Positions 1-10,858 of a stretch of 64,000 nucleotides of DNA are shown one piece after another. The notes under the pieces were generated by a model that was not told the origin of the DNA, did not search any database, and saw only the letters and a list, made by a program, of their open reading frames with translations. Origin of the DNA: Eledone cirrhosa. Lineage: Eukaryota. Location of the stretch: positions 156,550,001 to 156,614,000 of the forward strand of contig OZ024742.1 of the NCBI GenBank assembly GCA_964016885.1, in the 5' to 3' direction. The first letter of the stretch is position 1. The number at the start of each line of letters is the position of its first letter. Made by a program: the position numbers and the translations under genes.

Positions 1-402
1 GTAGATGTACCAAGTCTTTCACTGGTTACTTTACTGTGAGTATCCAGCTATTCTGTATGTAAACACACAGACAAACCGGTTTTTAGATTCATACTGGTTT
101 TTGAGGAAACACCTTTCCTCTATTCTCCAGAAAGCCAGACAAGGAATATTGAACTAGTTTCGTTGTTGTTACAACTCATCAGCAATATTTACCTATCTAC
201 CGGCCTTTCTGGAGAATCGTAAAAACACATATCGTTATATGCTTTTTCTATGAAAATTAGTAGTGGGCAGACTAATTTGCATAGAGTGTGAGTACGTACC
301 GGTTCAACGGAGACGATAAAAACAAATAACGAAACGAAATTAAATTTCGTTTCGTTTGTAACTCACGTGGTAACAACAACGAAACTAGTTCAATATTCCT
401 TG
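1..402 (-). mobile_element. Partial copy of the 466-bp HHR repeat family (array A family), with a short inverted segment at 370-402
   Basis: 1-366 is near-identical to the unit at 31686-32050. 370-402 (gtaacaacaacgaaactagttcaatattccttgt) is the reverse complement of ~137-171. The copy runs off the window start. Confidence 0.85.
145..189 (-). ncRNA. Type I hammerhead ribozyme, family A
   Basis: Minus strand reads aatattg-CTGATGA-gttg-taacaa-caac-GAAA-ctag-TT-caatatt: 7-bp stem I, 4-bp stem II, palindromic stem III ACTAGT, GUU triplet. Outer helix attctccagaaag/ctttctggagaat (122-218). Confidence 0.85.
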
Positions 403-844
403 TATGATCTTTATTCGCCGAAAAATACTTAACGTCATTTATAATCCAAAATATGAAACACTCAAAGCTCTTTCATATGAAATATGAAAATCTAATATGA
501 TAATATGATTTAGATAAAATGACATTTTCTCCTAGAGATCTCTAAGATAAATATCATGGTAGCAGACACAATTTCCAGAAAGCATATATCAACGAAATAT
601 ACTTCAAATGATTACACGGAAAAAATGAGTCACACCATCAAATTAAGCGTTCAGCTTGTAATTCTCACCGAGCATGGAAACCCAATAGCAAAACCCAGTC
701 ACCATCAATGAATTTAAAACATATTACTGTTTAAAATTAACACACTTTTAATTAACTGCTTATTGCAGGTTTATGCAAACAGAAATACCCTTGCACATGG
801 TTATAGGACTGCATATGGACACACACGCACACACAAACACACAT

Positions 845-877
<33 letters not shown>

Positions 878-1949
878 AGCATCTGTATGTAAATAAATAC
901 ATATATATATATATATGGATATTTATTGTTTTATTTACACTGTTGATCTTATTTTTTAAAAGTATCTCGATTGTGTCATTTCAGATTGATAATTGAGGTT
1001 ATACTACCCCACTTCTTCAAATAACTAAGTATATACGGTTGTCTCATTCTTCGGAAGCTTTGGACATTAGTATAGAAAAATCAATAATATCCATAAAATA
1101 TTTGCATCACTTTATTGCACCGAGTTTGCGAGAATCATTCTAATGCTTATGTCAAACGTGTTACTTTAGTTTTCAAGTCCGATAGATCTATCTAATTGAA
1201 GTAGTTGGCTATACGATATGATATAAATATAGATATGAATGCACATTTCGATGTTACTAAAACTGCATTCAATTTTAGCTGAGCTATGCAATTCTAAAAT
1301 ATTGATTGCCTACACATATGGAGGTTTAGATAAAATGGCTCTGTTAGAAATAGACTATTTATAAGCATCGAATTAACTATGACACAATGAAAATCAAATA
1401 TACATAGAGACAGTGAGAAACACAAACACATACCCGCACAATCACAGTGAGGTAAATAGGAACATATATATATATATATGAAATCCGATCTGTGTGTTTC
1501 CTTGTGTCCGTGCTTTATTGTATTAGCATGCCTACTATACTTTGCAGAAGTACATAATATTTTTCGAATTTGGCTATTTTGAATATGAAAGTTGCCGGTA
1601 TACTGTCATATTCATCCTGCAATTTATTCACTGATGTGCAATACGTTTATATTACAACATCAAAATCACGAACAAGACTGTTTTTTTTGTTGAAACCCAG
1701 GACCTTCTTACTTTAACAGAAAAATGAACAATGTATTTTGCACAGGTCCAGTCCGTCATTATGGAACGTAGTCTACACTTCCAAACATTTAACTAGGGAT
1801 TTGATGATATTTTGCTCATTATGCATGCATTTCAAGTGACTAAGTTTCGTACAATTGTTTTCTTTTCAGTTAATCTAATAAACTTGAAATTTTCCCTCTT
1901 ACTTTTAGCGTTAAATGTCAATCACTCCGCTCTTTAATAAGGATTTCTG

Positions 1950-2145
1950 ATTGGGGCACAAGGTCAATATATTTTGGGAGGGCAAAGTCGATTAAATCGA
2001 CCCAAGTGTGTTATTTTATCGAACCCGTAAGGATGAGAGACAAAGCTAATTTCGGCCTTATTTGAAATGAGAGCATAAAGGGCCATAAATCTATACTGCT
2101 AAGCATATTGCCCGATGGCTCTGACGATACTGCCTATTCAGTGCC
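1950..2145 (-). mobile_element. tRNA-derived SINE (decayed), octopus-type
   Basis: ggcacaagg...gtcgattaaatcgaccc...ttttatcgaacccgtaaggatga; antisense homolog of 19310-19495 and homolog of 42880-43075. Confidence 0.6.
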
Positions 2146-2377
2146 CATTCCCACTCTTTAATAATTATTACCTTTCTTCTTTCGTATAGTCAGAAATATT
2201 TAGTCGTATGTTTCCATGCACATCCTTCCCCAATACGTGTGTATATATTGGGTGTTCAACTTGGTGAAACTACCGTAACTGGACTGGACGTTACAAACCC
2301 TATATATATATATTAATACATATAGGTATCGTAACCTCTAGTGGACTGGACATTAAAATCCCTATATATATATATAT

Positions 2378-2850
2378 ATTGTTTCTGAATGTGTTTAGCA
2401 AGATTCTTTATTTGAAAACGTGTGTTGAAACCGATATTGTTATACTTCGGGAGGGTCATGTTGCCCATAAGAAACACACGTACCAGATACTTTCACTCCA
2501 ATTTATTATATATTAAATTTATAAATTTAAGAATTTATAAAGTTTAAGAATTTATAAATATCCAGTTGGTTGGTTGGTTCCATAACCGGACCGTTGTTCA
2601 TATATTGTCAAAGTAATTACGGCACATATTCTGTGACTTCTTCAGTGACTGGGGATTATTTTCTTTGTGTTTGTGCCTCTCCTTTGTTCTGTCCTACGCC
2701 ATCTTGTTTTTGTGTGTGCTGCGTGCTTAGTGTGCGCATGTGTTACATCCGGGTGTCTGCGTGTGTTTATATTTGCTTATTTATTTGTGTATTTACTGTT
2801 ACTGGTTGGTTGTTTGTTCTATGTGTGTGTGTGTTTTCATTTTGTCCTTA
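2378..2850 (-). mobile_element. (TA)n-adjacent repeat related to 47678-48540, carrying a decayed HHR at 2607-2649
   Basis: Shares tgttatactt.gggagggtcat with 47678. Minus strand gtca-CTGAAGA-agtcac-agaatat-gtgcc-GTAA-ttac-TT-tgac (stem I intact, GAAA mutated). Confidence 0.45.
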
Positions 2851-2853
2851 ATT

Positions 2854-3310
2854 GTAAGCTGTGATGAAATATTATACTGTTGATTATTTTCCTAAATTTA
2901 AACTTTAACAAAGATACCAACATATTAGGTATATATTAATGAGACAGTATATTTTAGGTAAATAATAACGACGAAGATAAAAATAAAATAAAATAATAGA
3001 TTGAGGCATGTTAAGGTTAAATATACACCTATATATAACTGGGTGTAAATGTATTAATTATTATTTAACGAAGATACCAACGTAAGCTGTGATGAAATAT
3101 TATACTGTTGATTATTTTCCTAAATTTAAACTTTAACAAAGATACCAACATATTAGGTATATATTAATGAGACAGTATATTTTAGGTAAATAATAACGAC
3201 GAAGATAAAAATAAAATAAAATAATAGATTGAGGCATGTTAAGGTTAAATATACACCTATATATAACTGGGTGTAAATGTATTAATTATTATTTAACGAA
3301 GATACCAACA
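2854..3310. repeat. Tandem duplication, 228-bp period, two essentially identical copies
   Basis: gtaagctgtgatgaaatattatactg...aacgaagataccaac starts at 2854 and at 3082. Confidence 0.9.
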
Positions 3311-3949
3311 TATTAGGTATATAAAGCTTCTGAAATATTTATTGTTAGAAATATTTAAATAACGATTATGTGTATAGATTACATATATATAATTACATAC
3401 ATATTATAATACATTATATTATATTACATACATATTATCATACATTACAACGATTATGTATATAGATTACACATATATAATTACATACATATTATAATAC
3501 ATTATATTATAAATAAGTGATAAAAAACGCAGCGAAAATTCACATTTATATATAAGTTTGAATCTGTTTTAGATTTTAGATTTCTAAATGCAGTAAATAT
3601 ATTTAAAAAAAAATATATACATATACCTATATTATATTATACTATAAATAAGAGATCAAAAACTCATTAAAAATTCACAGTTATAAGTTCCGTAACGATG
3701 TATGGATTGAGTAGTAAACTTACATTTAAAAGAGCTCAAAAATGCATTAAAATTTCACAGTTATAGATATGTTCCGTAAAGATGCAAGGATTGGGTATTA
3801 AACTAAATGTTAAAGCATAGATAGGAAGATAGATATAGAAATAAAGAAATAACAAAATGATGGTATTGATCAAAGTTAATAAAATAAAGTTATGTGTATC
3901 AGTGTTCCGGCATGTTATTGAACAAGTGTCATTCGTTCGAGCTTTATTT

Positions 3950-4268
3950 CTTCTATAGATAGCTACAATATAAAGCAATATTAAAGGCCATTAATGTTTT
4001 TCCATGTTGATTATATATTCCTGGTAACCAAGTTATTAATGGTTTAGTGTTATAGTCTCTTTTTTTATGGGAGGCTAAACAATTGGACGTAGCTTTATGG
4101 AGGTACCTAGAGAATAATTCACTGTTTTTCTTAATTAGGGTCTCATAGTTATTAATAATCAACAGAGTCTCCATTGTACAGAGCGGACAGTTATTTGATA
4201 TACTAGAGTTGCGGTAAATTCCACAGTTCCGAAGTTTTGTCCAAAGAATGGAGTATTTTAAATTCTTC

Positions 4269-4272
<4 letters not shown>
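3950..4272 (-). pseudogene. Penelope-like element GIY-YIG endonuclease C-terminal fragment (AT-rich 3' region extends toward ~2.9 kb)
   Basis: Translates KNLKYSILWTKLRNCGIYRNSSISNNCPLCTMETLLIINNYETLIKKNSELFSRYLH, matching the Y.I.W...C.LC..E..I...N...EL...C.H pattern also seen at 34060-34250. Truncated at (TA)n. Confidence 0.7.
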
Positions 4273-4329
<57 letters not shown>

Positions 4330-4332
4330 TAT

Positions 4333-4807
4333 ATGAATAAATCTAGTCCTTCATCAGTGATCTGCCAACCTTCATTGGTATTTCATCGCTTTAAAGATCA
4401 AATACCTCCGGTTGGTGCGAGCAACGGCTAAAGAAAGTCTTTGGGACACGTAAATAAGGGGAACGAGCGAGACTGTAAACAATCGAAGATGGTAATGCAA
4501 CGAAAAGTGATGAAGAAGGAATCAAGTCCCTGAAATCGATTAACATAAGTTCTGTGAAAATCGTGGACGAGAGAGAATAAAGACCATCAAACCTGGTCGA
4601 AATGTGGGCAAGGAAAGAATTTCGCACAGGTCAAACGGGAAGAAGAACGAGTCACGTCTCTAAAATCAGTGAACATAAGTTCTATGAAATAGTAGACGAG
4701 AGAGAATAAAGAACAACCGATCTGGTCAAAGTGTGTGTGAGGAAAGAATTTCGCACAGGTCAAACGGGAGGAATTAGGAGAGGGAGTAGCAGAGAGTGAG
4801 TGAGTCA

Positions 4808-4808
<1 letters not shown>
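4333..4808 (-). mobile_element. Non-coding repeat with two internal subrepeats, (TA)n on both sides; inverted homolog of 5880-6352
   Basis: Reverse complement matches 5880-6352 and 5520-5720 with divergence. The terminal segment carries gatca-CTGATGA-agga next to the (TA)n. Confidence 0.7.
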
Positions 4809-4868
<60 letters not shown>

Positions 4869-5519
4869 AATATTGATTGTTTGTTCCTGTATCTCATGTC
4901 TGTTATTTTGCCTGAGAATATATCTCTATGTGTCCTTAAACAGTGCAAACATATTTATTTTTTCATACCCTATATTGAGTTCTTCGCGCGAGGATTGTCA
5001 GAGTTCAAAGATTTGCGTGTATATTAGCCTGCTCCTTCCATTTTGGGTACAGTGTGATATTTTCTTTTGAACTGGTGGACTTACAACCTAACAGTTACTT
5101 CTAGCACTGATGGTGATTATCGCTAAATATTGATGTTGATTTAGTTATTAATATTAACATTAGTGGGTACCCACTGAAGATTTATAAAGGCCCCTTGCAT
5201 AAGAATCCATTGATCTAACACAAGCTTCTACATAACTTGGAATAATTTCAACCAACATGTACACATCTTATATTGAAACGATCGTTTTGGGAATGAGATG
5301 TTTACTATTTTATCATATAATATAATACAACCAATTATCCACACAATACAATATAGTGAGCACCCCGAACGTTTAATTAGGAATATACTCCGGTAATTCG
5401 TAATGTTTGTTGAGTGAGTTGGAAATCGCGGTAAGTGTACATATAGTGAGTACAGCGAACGTTTTAAAATTTATATTAAAACTTTTTCTCTATTTGCTAA
5501 ACCTTGATTATATATATAT

Positions 5520-6348
5520 TTTGGGACTTGACTCATTCTTCCTCACTTTTCATTGCTTCACCATCTTTGTGTATTTACACTCTCGCTGTTCCCTTTATTT
5601 ACGTGTCCCAACGACTTTCTTTAGACGTTGCTCGAAGCGACCGGATGTATATGGTCTTTGAAGCGAAGAAATATCGATGATGGTTGGAAGATCACTGATG
5701 AAGGACCACTTTATTCATATGTAACCCATTTGCAACTTCGCAGCACGTTTATTTTCATATTTACACATATTTGTCCCCCCGCTGTGACCCGTCTATTTTG
5801 TTCTTACTGCTTCCTCTTTCTCTTTATCTTTACCCTCTCTAACAGTCACTCTCTCTATTAGCCGCTTCCTCACCCTTCACTCACTCACTCTCTGTTACTA
5901 ACTCTCCTCCTCCTCCTTCCCGTTTGACCTGTGCGTAATTATTTTCTTTCGCACGCTTGGCCAGGCCGGTTCGCCTTTTATTCTCTCTCTCGTCAACGAT
6001 TTCACAGAACTTATGTTCACCGAATTCACGGACTAGACCCCTTCTTCCTCCCGTTAGACCTGTGCGAAATTCCTTCCTTGCTCACATTTCAACCAGGTTT
6101 GATGGTCTTTATTCTCTCTCGTTCACGATTTCACCGAACTTATATTCATGGAAATTTGGGACTTGACTCGTTCTTCCTCAGTTTTCGTTGCTTCACCATC
6201 TTTGTTTGTTTACACTCTCGCTGTTCCCTTTATTTACATGTCCCAACGACTTTCTTTAGCCGTTGCTCGCACCAATCGGAGGTATATGGTCTTTAAAGCG
6301 AAAAAATACCGATGATGGTTGGAAGATCACTGATGAAGGACCACTTTA

Positions 6349-6352
<4 letters not shown>
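5520..6352 (+). mobile_element. Partial tandem (5520-5720 and 5880-6352) of the same family, ending in (TA)n
   Basis: Direct repeat ttgggacttgactc...gatcactgatgaaggaccactttattcatat at 5521-5720 and 6157-6354. Confidence 0.7.
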
Positions 6353-6404
<52 letters not shown>

Positions 6405-7894
6405 TTTTATCGGAAGACCCTCTAAGCATGACGTTGACAGGTCCATAATAAAAATTATGAATAACTAATATAGTATTCCATTATCTATCTTTCTCTCTGC
6501 AAACAGACTTCATTTTATAGAAATGTATAATATGGCCATTTCCAGAGGCCAAATTGAGAGTTTAGAGATCAATCAGAACATGTAGGACATGCTATGATCT
6601 GCTAAGAGAGTTTGAATAATATTCGTTTTTAAATTAACCGAGATGGAGGATAGCTGAATCGTACTGTTTATATTCATGTAGCATAAATTCTCAGTCGTAC
6701 AAGCAGTTTGATTAACATTTGTTAGTGGTACTGTGGCACAGCTTATTATATAGGTTGCATTTATTTGTGGGTTTTACTATTCAAATGGCAGTCAGTTTAA
6801 AAATATTTATGGAGCTTGCATGAGTTTAGCACAAATCATTTTATAACGCTCCTTGTGTTCAGCTCTCCGGTTTCCCGACAATTTCTTTCTTTCTCTTCTC
6901 CGTCTTATCAACATTTCAAATGATCATAGGTGGAAATCATTCTTGTTTGTGTAAATTTTATATATTTCAATTAGATTTCTAAAATAATTACCAATTATAT
7001 TCAGTAATAAATTCCAACTGTTAAGCATCAGCTGATGGATTCGTTAACATGATCCTACCATCTAAGGAAATTCATGAAATTATAAAGTAATGGAATAATA
7101 TAGTGTGTTTTATATAACTTTTGTAGATCTCCACAATGCTTAATATCAGATGAACATAAAGCTAAATGTAGTGCATATCATTGGTTTATAAGTTTCATCA
7201 AAGTGGACGCAGTATGGTCGAAGTTTTAAGAATTATTTGCAATCATAAATTTACCGGGATATATCTCACTGTATGGAAACTTGATCTGTGATTTGTGAGT
7301 GAGATTTGATAGAAAGAAATGTTCAGAAGCCTATTAGATGGACTGTGCTAAATATTTAAAGTCCAACCTCGACCGACACTGTAATAGGGTGAATCACCCC
7401 GAGAATAAAGTTACAAATTATGAGTCTGTGGAATAATCAGCCATTTAGGATGATCGAATGAAAATCTCGATTGTTTGATCACATGTAATTGCAGACCTAT
7501 CAGGTACAAAAAATGTGAAACTGCCTTAAAATGATCATCCTAAACACACATAATGCACACACACATACATCCACACACACAAACACGCACACACACATAC
7601 ATACACAAACACACACACAGGCACATATACACACAGGAATATATATATATATGGTCGAAGTAACGATTTTCTATAGCAAATACGATCATCTCTTTCTGTC
7701 TACCTTACTAACCCTCTGTGATCTCTGTATTGTGTATTTTATTTTTCCCCGCCTTCTGAGATATTTTCACTTGTTATAAGGTAAACAGTCCTTTCTCTTG
7801 ACCGATGTATCACATCTTAATTCCTCGCTCCGCCTATAGATATATTCTCACTTACTGCAAACGCGTCTGGGGAAACATTCCTTAACTCTGCGGT

Positions 7895-7987
7895 GTTCTT
7901 TGACAAGCTGATTGGCCTCACAATAATGGTGCATCTCTATAATGCATAATGTTTGCATATGGATCAGCGAGACTGTACAGTCGGGAC
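7895..7987 (+). ncRNA. Type I HHR, U3-A8 variant with long stem II insert (one lesion)
   Basis: gttct-TTGACAA-gctgat-[~50 nt]-atcagc-GAGA-ctgtacag-TC-gggac; palindromic stem III ACTGTACAGT, GUC triplet. Confidence 0.65.
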
Positions 7988-8460
7988 TTTGAAGAAAAAA
8001 TAGTTTTATTTTTGTGTATTATTTCCTCATATTATAATTGCATATATAGCTCTCATTATCGAGTCATTTTAGTTATTTTGATTATTTTAGCTCTCTCAAT
8101 CATCGAGCAACACTGGGTAAGGTTGACACGACACGCGCTCGCATACATGTGAAATAAAATATATATGTTTCTCATTATTATATTGTCTCAAACTCCCCTA
8201 TGGTCGAGGTAAGCAGAAAGTGTACTAACTGCTTTCTATAGCAAATACGATAGTCACTTTCTGTCTACTTTACGACCCGCCTGTGACCTCTTTATTCATA
8301 TATTAATTTCTCCATTTGCTTTCTGAGATATTTTCACTTGCTACAAGGGAATCAGTCCTTTTCTTTGTCCGATATATCACATGTTAATTCCTCCCTCTGT
8401 CTATAGAGATGTTCTCACTTACTGCAAACCCATCTGGAGAACAGTCCTATTCGCTGAGGT

Positions 8461-8553
8461 GTTCCTTGACTAGCTGATTTGATTCACAAGGATGGTGCAT
8501 ATCTATAATGCATAATTGTTGCATATGGATCAGCTAAACTGTACAGCCGGGAT
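8461..8553 (+). ncRNA. Second, more decayed HHR copy of the dimer
   Basis: gttcc-TTGACTA-gctgat...atcagc-TAAA-ctgtacag-CC-gggat. Its lesions differ from copy 1, so the two-copy consensus is canonical. Confidence 0.5.
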
Positions 8554-8601
8554 TTTGAAGAAATAATAGCTATATTTTTGTCTATTATCTCTTCTTATCA
8601 A

Positions 8602-8639
<38 letters not shown>

Positions 8640-9115
8640 TTTAAAATGTAGTTTTCCTAACAACTAATATAACCGTCGATGAGATGATTACACTTCTGGC
8701 AGCAGGCTTAAAATATTTTAAAAAGGTGTAAAAATTGACCAGTGATACATGTTTGACAGGAATAATGTACGCGCCTGGCATTTGTGAGAAGGGCGACTCA
8801 ATTCCTTGCTTTCTGGTTCGTTCACATTTTGTTGTTCTTTTCCAAAGATACTTTATCCCATTTTCTCAAGTCCTAACTGTAGTGTTTAAAGATTATTTTA
8901 GTCATTATCATTGGGAAAATGAATTTAAACATTTTAACTTTTCCAGCTCCTCTAAACTGAATCGCTCGTCCATAAATACACACTTTATGGGAATGATAAT
9001 TACTCTCAGAATGGAAAGTGTTAATCAGGACGTTGTTGAGAATACACACATTTAATATTCATGATATCACATTGCTTATAATAGTAGTTACAATAACATA
9101 TTTCTCTCACTCTGT

Positions 9116-9159
<44 letters not shown>

Positions 9160-9167
<8 letters not shown>

Positions 9168-9493
9168 TAGGAAAAGCACTCGACGTTATACAACTCTTTG
9201 ATGTTGAATCTTGTTGGTGATGCGAGAATGAACTCGAAGGCGATCATCCAAACTGTCAACAACTGGCCCTCTTGATCGCATTTTTGTCAATAACATTTGT
9301 TTTCTACTTTCTCTCATTATAGCCTCTTGGATTGTGTTTACCTTTATTCCTTTATTATATATCTATTCTGCAATATACATCCTATGATGAGACCAGAATC
9401 TTTCGTAACCTGACGACTGAAATATACATAGTGTTGGCTGAAATAAATCTATGAAGGAATGTCACCAATCCGGCCATCTATCATTTTACTGAA

Positions 9494-9498
<5 letters not shown>
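9160..9498 (+). mobile_element. (TA)n-flanked element with a decayed HHR-like motif (~9380-9458)
   Basis: tcct-ATGATGA-gaccag...ttggct-GAAA-taaatcta-tga-agga; C3 and the triplet are mutated. Confidence 0.3.
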
Positions 9499-9552
<54 letters not shown>

Positions 9553-9697
9553 ATAGAGGTGTAGCACACAAGTTGTGATATATTGGTAAAAGGAAAAGAA
9601 AATGCTAACAAATTGTTCCCAGTGAAAAATAGTTTAATTAGGAATAAGTGAAAATTAATAATAAGTATTGGTTAGTATTCAGTTTTAGTTTTACGTT

Positions 9698-9733
9698 TTT
9701 ACCGGTTGCGCATTTCTAGTGCTTTTCAAAAAT
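9698..9733 (-). ncRNA. HHR-like motif, U3-A8 core, GAAA changed to GCAA (left arm)
   Basis: Minus strand ttt-TTGAAAA-gca-ctagaaa-tgc-GCAA-ccgg-TA-aaa. Confidence 0.45.
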
Positions 9734-10132
9734 AATTTTGAGATAGAGCGTCCGTGATGTTTGCTCTAATCTGATTAGTTTTGGAAATTCTTCCTGTTTT
9801 AAGTGAAAAAGGTGGCTCCAGAGGTATTAAAATAAGTTTCGCGCCAATTCGTGTTGCAAAAATGATTGTGGTCAAAACAATGTTGATTGGTCGGTTGAGG
9901 TCATTTGAATGTTAAAAATTGATTTTGCGCCAAATGTAGGTTTGTCGAAGAGCGTCCTTTTTCGCCTGATTGAGAAGTCACTGAAAAATAAGTATTTTAA
10001 GACAAATATATGTGTGTGTGTGTGTGTGTGTAGTAAAGAGGTTCATTGTTGTGATAATGGTCAGTAGGGATATGTATGTGAATTGCAGTCATGTTGAAAG
10101 GTCAACAGTTCAGGTGCCTATTAAGACAAATA

Positions 10133-10173
<41 letters not shown>

Positions 10174-10662
10174 AGCAGATAATTACCACACTGAACTCCC
10201 ACAACGCATCAAAATAGTATTCTTTATAGAGGGACTCACACACACACACACACACACATATTTGTCTAATAGGCACCTGAACTGTAGATCTTTCAACATG
10301 ACTGCAATTCACACACACATCCCTACTGACCATTATCACAACAATGAACCTCTTTACTACACACACATACACACACACATATATATTTGTCTTAAAATAC
10401 TTATTTTTCAGTGACTTCTCAATCAGGCGAAAAAGGACACTCTTCGACAAACCTATATTTGGGTGCAAAATCAATTTTTCACATTCACGTGACCTCTACC
10501 GACCGATCAAAATTGTTTTGACCACAAGAATTTTTGCAACACGAATTGGCGTGAAACTTATTTTAATACCTCTGGAGCCGCTTTTTTCACATAAAAAACA
10601 GGTAGAATTTCCAAAACTAATCAGATTAGAGCAAACATCACGGGCGCTCTATCTCAAAATTA

Positions 10663-10698
10663 TTTTTGAAAAGCATTAGAAATGCGCAACCGGTAAAA
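10663..10698 (+). ncRNA. HHR-like motif, U3-A8 core, GAAA changed to GCAA (right arm)
   Basis: ttt-TTGAAAA-gcat-tagaa-atgc-GCAA-ccgg-TA-aaa; homologous to the intact motif at 38732-38769. Confidence 0.5.
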
Positions 10699-10806
10699 AC
10701 TTAAAACTAAAACTGAATACAACCAATACTTATTACTAATTTTTACTTATTCCTAAGTAAACTATTTTTCACTGGGAACAATTTGTCAGCATTTTCTTTT
10801 CCTTTT

Positions 10807-10858
<52 letters not shown>

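Larger units (their letters stand above)
7651..8605 (+). mobile_element. Diverged tandem dimer (~550-566-bp period), each unit with a decayed U3-A8 HHR
   Basis: atggtcga.gtaa...tttctatagcaaatacgat repeated at 7651 and 8200. (TA)n on both sides. Confidence 0.75.
9547..10813. mobile_element. Penelope-type 3' end with ~590-bp inverted arms (9577-10170 / 10238-10813), in (TA)n; related to 37273-38905
   Basis: The arms are reverse complements around a ~65-bp spacer. Shares aataa.tttcgcgcca.ttcg.gtt.caa and the HHR region with the 37-38 kb element. Confidence 0.8.
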
